Source: Haplodiscus bocki
Lineage: Eukaryota
DNA: 64,000 bases
Direction of reading: 5' to 3'
Assembly: GCA_965655095.1 (NCBI GenBank)
Contig: OZ296654.1
Coordinates: 49,910,001-49,974,000 of the forward strand
The first letter of the stretch is position 1. The number at the start of each line of letters is the position of its first letter. This document shows positions 63,301-64,000 of the stretch, one piece after another. The position numbers and the translations under genes are program-made. A model generated the notes under the pieces. It was not told the origin of the DNA. It searched no databases and was given only the letters and a program-made list of their open reading frames with translations.

Positions 63301-63700
63301 GAAGCACAGCTTAGCTTCTGTATCTATTTTAGCCCAAATCTTCGTGTTCGTCTTGTCATTCTCTGATAGGAAGTGGCCGATATTTATTCTTGAAGTGTTT
63401 TTGATGTCAAAAAAGTAAACAAAAGTATGTGATTCTTAATCTATTTTGTAGATCTCAGTGTGGGGCGATTATGGCAGAATGGATCGCAAATATTTCATGG
63501 GAGTTGCGCAAGTGGCGTTGGACGAGTTGGATCTTTCTGGAATTGTGATTGGCTGGTATAAACTATTTACTACTTCCTCTCTGGCCGAACATCGTGGTCA
63601 AAACGACCGAAGACCCACCTCTTTAGTGCCTCCCTCTGCTAATCAGAGCACCGAAGCTGTCAACACGGCTGGCGGAACGGGAGCAGGAGGAGGCAGATAG
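12589..63700 (+). CDS. RIMS: RIM / unc-10 (regulating synaptic membrane exocytosis protein), 5'-partial, 26 exons: join(12589..13007,13310..13647,14460..15212,15841..16052,16501..16735,23498..23807,24214..24407,25680..25946,26825..26934,33223..33445,33966..34089,34662..34967,39171..39339,39620..39749,47768..47959,48423..48840,49340..49644,50392..50664,50882..51134,51645..52093,52389..52902,53366..53751,59237..59492,60032..60246,60904..61043,63452..63700)
   Basis: RIM motifs in the correct order: WLCNLCKKKQDLLAKSGKW (ZF end), SLSSSEDDVRSTTEYSS, PDZ (LGLKVKGG..LGAFI..GDEVLEWNG), C2A (YVKIHLLP..PIWNATF..LELTVWD..FLGEV), C2B (LGPGQLVGRQVL..APYVKVYL..VWGDYGRMDRKYFMG..GWYKLF). All introns are GT-AG with compatible phases, and the summed length of 7440 nt is divisible by 3. 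Confidence 0.95.
13310..13647 (+). CDS. RIMS: RIM exon, low-complexity linker (alternative in-frame donor after 13653)
   Basis: tatag acceptor, G/S/N-rich ORF, donor gtaaag or gttagg, both phase 1. Confidence 0.8.
14460..15212 (+). CDS. RIMS: RIM exon, N/Q/G/M-rich linker with poly-Asn
   Basis: ttttag acceptor, long ORF, donor gtatga, phase 1 to 1. Confidence 0.8.
15841..16052 (+). CDS. RIMS: RIM exon, P/G/R-rich (GAYLNPQQQPL...NDPNNPQ)
   Basis: tttcag acceptor, open frame, donor gtaagc, phase 1 to 0. Confidence 0.8.
16501..16735 (+). CDS. RIMS: RIM exon (GMRGRRRGGYPG...)
   Basis: ttgtag acceptor, donor gttcgt, phase 0 to 1. Confidence 0.75.
16930..17330 (+). mobile_element. Decayed LINE (non-LTR) reverse transcriptase 3' fragment
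   Basis: MEFSKSCKYLGVYLDNKL at 16955 is the KYLGVxxD motif of CR1/L2/Jockey-type RT; YELLKF-like remnant downstream. Confidence 0.7.
17565..17902 (+). mobile_element. Repeat family A variant carrying an antisense tRNA-derived segment
   Basis: Family A 5' motif (GATCC..CACAACTCGCA..CTAGATTTT) and 3' end (TAGTTTTCCGTTGGCGCAAGTGTTGCGAGCACAGCTTTGC) with a different core. Confidence 0.7.
17622..17695 (-). ncRNA. tRNA-derived (SINE-head-like) sequence, not a functional tRNA
   Basis: Minus strand: A-box-like TGGCACAATCAGTAGAGC, B-box-like GGTTCAAGCCC; acceptor stem does not pair. Confidence 0.6.
18277..18330. repeat. (TC)n / (TG)n microsatellite
   Basis: Seen directly. Confidence 0.9.
19440..20385. 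repeat. Degenerate tandem array of about 120-bp units (TTCGGCACTGTGAGACAAAAAA..CTCTTATCCATAAA..CCGGAAATTTT), about 7 copies
   Basis: Core motif near 19490, 19611, 19725, 19853, 20044, 20205 and 20318; dispersed relatives near 25250..25400 and 60555..60830. Confidence 0.85.
21960..22052. repeat. Local about 47-bp tandem duplication
   Basis: TGTCGAAGAAATC(G/A)TTTCAGGAGTATGTAATGGAAAACATTGAAT twice. Confidence 0.85.
23498..23807 (+). CDS. RIMS: RIM exon (contains RDSFSSDLSG)
   Basis: ctgtag acceptor, donor gtcagt; DSFSSD resembles the RIM DSLSSDQSE motif. Confidence 0.85.
24214..24407 (+). CDS. RIMS: RIM exon, R/S/G-rich
   Basis: ttttag acceptor, donor gtcagc, phase 2 to 1. Confidence 0.75.
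25680..25946 (+). CDS. RIMS: RIM exon with SLSSSEDDVRSTTEYSS motif
   Basis: ttgcag acceptor; matches RIM SLSSSEEELASTPEYTS; donor gttagt. Confidence 0.88.
26825..26934 (+). CDS. RIMS: RIM exon (SWIESALDDMEDATG...AVK), not in ORF track
   Basis: aatag acceptor, open frame, donor gtatga; phase 1 to 0 links 25946 to 33223. Confidence 0.7.
28060..28335 (+). mobile_element. Repeat family A copy, 5'-truncated
   Basis: Colinear with 63050..63325; 3' GCGAAGCCTATCTTCGC hairpin. Confidence 0.75.
28600..32200 (-). pseudogene. Decayed antisense multi-exon gene with about three tandemly duplicated exons (DSDA..ILKEL repeat); product unknown
   Basis: Minus-strand acceptors TCATTTCAG|GA near 30153 and 30655; repeated peptide starts DSDARNQ / DSDASSQ / DSDARS; protein-like frames broken by stops. 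Confidence 0.45.
32264..32745 (+). mobile_element. Repeat family B copy
   Basis: Colinear with 5858..6300. Confidence 0.65.
33223..33445 (+). CDS. RIMS: RIM PDZ exon 1
   Basis: PSVHWLPDPETNNLIGRMVL..LGLKVKGG..LGAFIISVKPGSCADLIGMLRPG. Confidence 0.92.
33966..34089 (+). CDS. RIMS: RIM PDZ exon 2
   Basis: GDEVLEWNGHELRGLSKEEVTEIILESR..VQLLICR; ttttag acceptor, gttcgc donor. Confidence 0.93.
34315..34438. mobile_element. MITE-like imperfect palindrome
   Basis: GTGCGTTTTTGAGACGACATTTTGGGGACA..TGTCTCCAAAATGTTTCCCCAAAAACGCAC. Confidence 0.6.
34662..34967 (+). CDS. RIMS: RIM C2A exon 1
   Basis: KLQLKLWYDK..LIITVIGAFELVPRE..RNVYVKIHLLP; donor gtatgt. Confidence 0.92.
35325..37426 (-). pseudogene. 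hAT transposase pseudogene (BED finger, DDE, hATC dimerisation domain)
   Basis: CKTC..NLKSHYQNLH BED finger; GCVAHLLQLVV; VRWN; ATLCDP; SDASVEQFFNKA. Split across several frames. Confidence 0.9.
35631..35810. mobile_element. Insertion inside hAT: terminal fragment of a different DNA transposon plus C-rich tract
   Basis: TACCGTAAAACC start, three TAAT(T/A)GAAGG(C/T)C repeats, CCC(A/T)-rich run; interrupts the transposase. Confidence 0.5.
37971..38313. repeat. Minisatellite, 4 x 85 bp, near-identical
   Basis: Unit starts TAGCGTAAG at 37971, 38056, 38141 and 38226. Confidence 0.95.
38620..38684. repeat. Short tandem repeat (GAGACATATTAAG)n, about 5 degenerate copies
   Basis: Seen directly. 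Confidence 0.8.
39171..39339 (+). CDS. RIMS: RIM C2A exon 2
   Basis: RTRTALHTLKPIWNATF..ELELTVWD..QFLGE. Confidence 0.92.
39620..39749 (+). CDS. RIMS: RIM C2A exon 3
   Basis: VVINLERAPLDDEPYTYELQPHD resembles RIM ILIELETALLDDEPHWYKLQTHD; donor gtatgt. Confidence 0.9.
41530..41622 (+). CDS. RIMS: Candidate RIM cassette exon (93 nt, phase 1 to 1; EIAWTPVDKLLSNLRSLPLPDLGKLQGLMQ)
   Basis: tttcag acceptor, gtgtgt donor, GC-richer than its flanks, frame-preserving. Confidence 0.55.
42406..44015 (-). mobile_element. Tc1-family (DD34E) DNA transposon, 1610 bp
   Basis: Perfect 26-bp TIRs CAGTGCCTCACGAAATTGTAACAATA, TA flanks on both sides, transposase ORF inside. Confidence 0.97.
42685..43695 (-). 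pseudogene. Tc1 transposase with a 1-bp frameshift near the C-terminus
   Basis: HTH region, GRPHKL, WSDETK, FQQDNDPKH..SPEMNPIE (34 residues between D and E). The canonical tail SMPSRIQALLKAKGGYTKY* is in a shifted frame near 42742. The expected start reads TTG. Confidence 0.88.
45615..46326. mobile_element. Non-autonomous element with CATG/CATGATCATG-rich terminal arrays at both ends
   Basis: CATG-rich blocks at 45640..45795 and 46180..46312 around an AT-rich core. Confidence 0.5.
47768..47959 (+). CDS. RIMS: RIM linker exon
   Basis: ctttag acceptor; G-rich ORF; donor gtcaag is weak, so the 3' boundary is uncertain. Confidence 0.65.
48423..48840 (+). CDS. RIMS: RIM linker exon
   Basis: cactag acceptor, donor gtagca, phase 1 to 2. 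Confidence 0.75.
49340..49644 (+). CDS. RIMS: RIM linker exon (AAG acceptor)
   Basis: tttaag acceptor required by phase; strong donor gtaagt. Confidence 0.72.
50392..50664 (+). CDS. RIMS: RIM linker exon
   Basis: ggtag acceptor, donor gtttgt, phase 1 to 1. Confidence 0.72.
50882..51134 (+). CDS. RIMS: RIM linker exon
   Basis: caacag acceptor, G-rich frame, donor gttgaa, phase 1 to 2. Confidence 0.7.
51645..52093 (+). CDS. RIMS: RIM linker exon
   Basis: ctgcag acceptor, donor gtacta, phase 2 to 1. Confidence 0.78.
52389..52902 (+). CDS. RIMS: RIM linker exon (SEESNVSSLSAQSA)
   Basis: ttttag acceptor, open frame, donor gtaagt; Ser-rich segment resembles the RIM SDVSAISRTSSAS region. Confidence 0.8.
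53366..53751 (+). CDS. RIMS: RIM exon (GSLSDGGV..RKKRRQS..KKSNSLNNL)
   Basis: Resembles RIM DGSQSDTAV..KKRRSS..RSRSTSQL; donor gtgagt. Confidence 0.85.
57240..57960 (+). repeat. Dispersed repeat with GCAGGTACTTG(T) motifs; related copy at 27940..28010
   Basis: GCAGGTACTT..TTTTCGCG(C/T)TCTGAA at 57248 and 27943, with variants at 57375, 57494 and 57887. Confidence 0.5.
58810..59195 (+). mobile_element. Repeat family B copy
   Basis: Colinear with 5900..6300; ends TTCTTAGCGCTTAATGCCAAGCATCCTTGTTGCCTAT. Confidence 0.6.
59237..59492 (+). CDS. RIMS: RIM exon (ISIQRTEEVG)
   Basis: ttgcag acceptor; matches the RIM IQRS(T/E)E motif; donor gttagt. Confidence 0.85.
60032..60246 (+). CDS. RIMS: RIM C2B exon 1
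   Basis: FVEELGPGQLVGRQVLGSPCLGDIQVG..LELEIIRARNL. Confidence 0.96.
60555..60830. repeat. Dispersed copy of the about 120-bp array family (2-3 decayed units)
   Basis: CTACGAAGTTTTTTGCTACTGTGAGAC and TTCGGCACTTTGGGACAGAAAA. Confidence 0.65.
60904..61043 (+). CDS. RIMS: RIM C2B exon 2
   Basis: APYVKVYLMKGKVCVAKAKTKSARKTLDPLYQ. Confidence 0.96.
61493..61572 (+). ncRNA. tRNA-like sequence (pseudogene or SINE head)
   Basis: GGGAT..ATCCC end pairing, A-box-like TAGTTAGTGGTTA, B-box GGTTCGAATCC; anticodon arm not canonical. Confidence 0.55.
62925..63325 (+). mobile_element. Repeat family A, most complete copy (HINE/Helentron-like non-autonomous element)
   Basis: 5' ACACTTGCGC with adjacent inverted GCAAGTGT; 3' GCAAGTATTGCGAAGCACAGCTTAGC hairpin; homologous to 4490, 12315, 17565 and 28060. 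Confidence 0.7.
63452..63700 (+). CDS. RIMS: RIM C2B terminal exon with TAG stop
   Basis: ISVWGDYGRMDRKYFMGVAQVALDELDLSGIVIGWYKLF. Confidence 0.96.
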   Translation: MSVWGDYGRMDRKYFMGVAQVALDELDLSGIVIGWYKLFTTSSLAEHRGQNDRRPTSLVPPSANQSTEAVNTAGGTGAGGGR

Positions 63701-63919
63701 TGATGACGTCATAGCCCTGCTCTGCACCAGAAAGATGCTTAGAAGAATACATTGCACTTATATACTTGTATGTATGAGTGTTTCTCTGAGAAAGAGGGAA
63801 GAGTGAGCTAACAATAATACACTACTTAAAATGTCGCCGCCATTGCCTTCACTGATCTCTTCAACTTACCGATATTGCGAAAACTACTTGAGACAATTAG
63901 AGTGCTGTTGTGCTGAACA

Positions 63920-63925
63920 AATAAA
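63920..63925 (+). terminator. Candidate polyadenylation signal AATAAA
   Basis: AATAAA about 220 nt after the RIM stop, followed by T-rich sequence. Confidence 0.4.
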
Positions 63926-64000
63926 TGAATCATACTTTTTTTATTTGCTCACCCACCAACCAATTGTTTGTCTTACCTGATGACTCCTGGTCTACTTGCA

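Overview
AT-rich, intron-rich animal (invertebrate-like) genomic DNA. I see no prokaryotic features, rRNA or CRISPR. The window is dominated by one large + strand gene, a RIM/unc-10 (Rab3-interacting molecule) presynaptic active-zone scaffold. I reconstructed 26 phase-compatible exons by hand (12589..63700, 7440 nt, about 2479 aa plus stop). They cover the C-terminal half of the zinc finger, a long N/Q/G/S-rich linker, PDZ, C2A, a second linker and C2B. The first exons were not found and probably lie upstream of the window. The introns contain a near-intact Tc1 (DD34E) element, a decayed hAT element, a LINE RT relic, two hairpin-ended (Helentron/HINE-like) repeat families (one carrying tRNA-derived segments), MITE-like palindromes, minisatellites and a decayed antisense multi-exon gene. 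The best leads are hidden RIM isoform architecture (a frame-preserving microexon chain after C2A, a 17-nt ATG microexon upstream, a possible gamma-RIM-like internal exon before C2B) and the tRNA-carrying HINE-like family. All splice models are read from sequence only and need RNA-seq confirmation.
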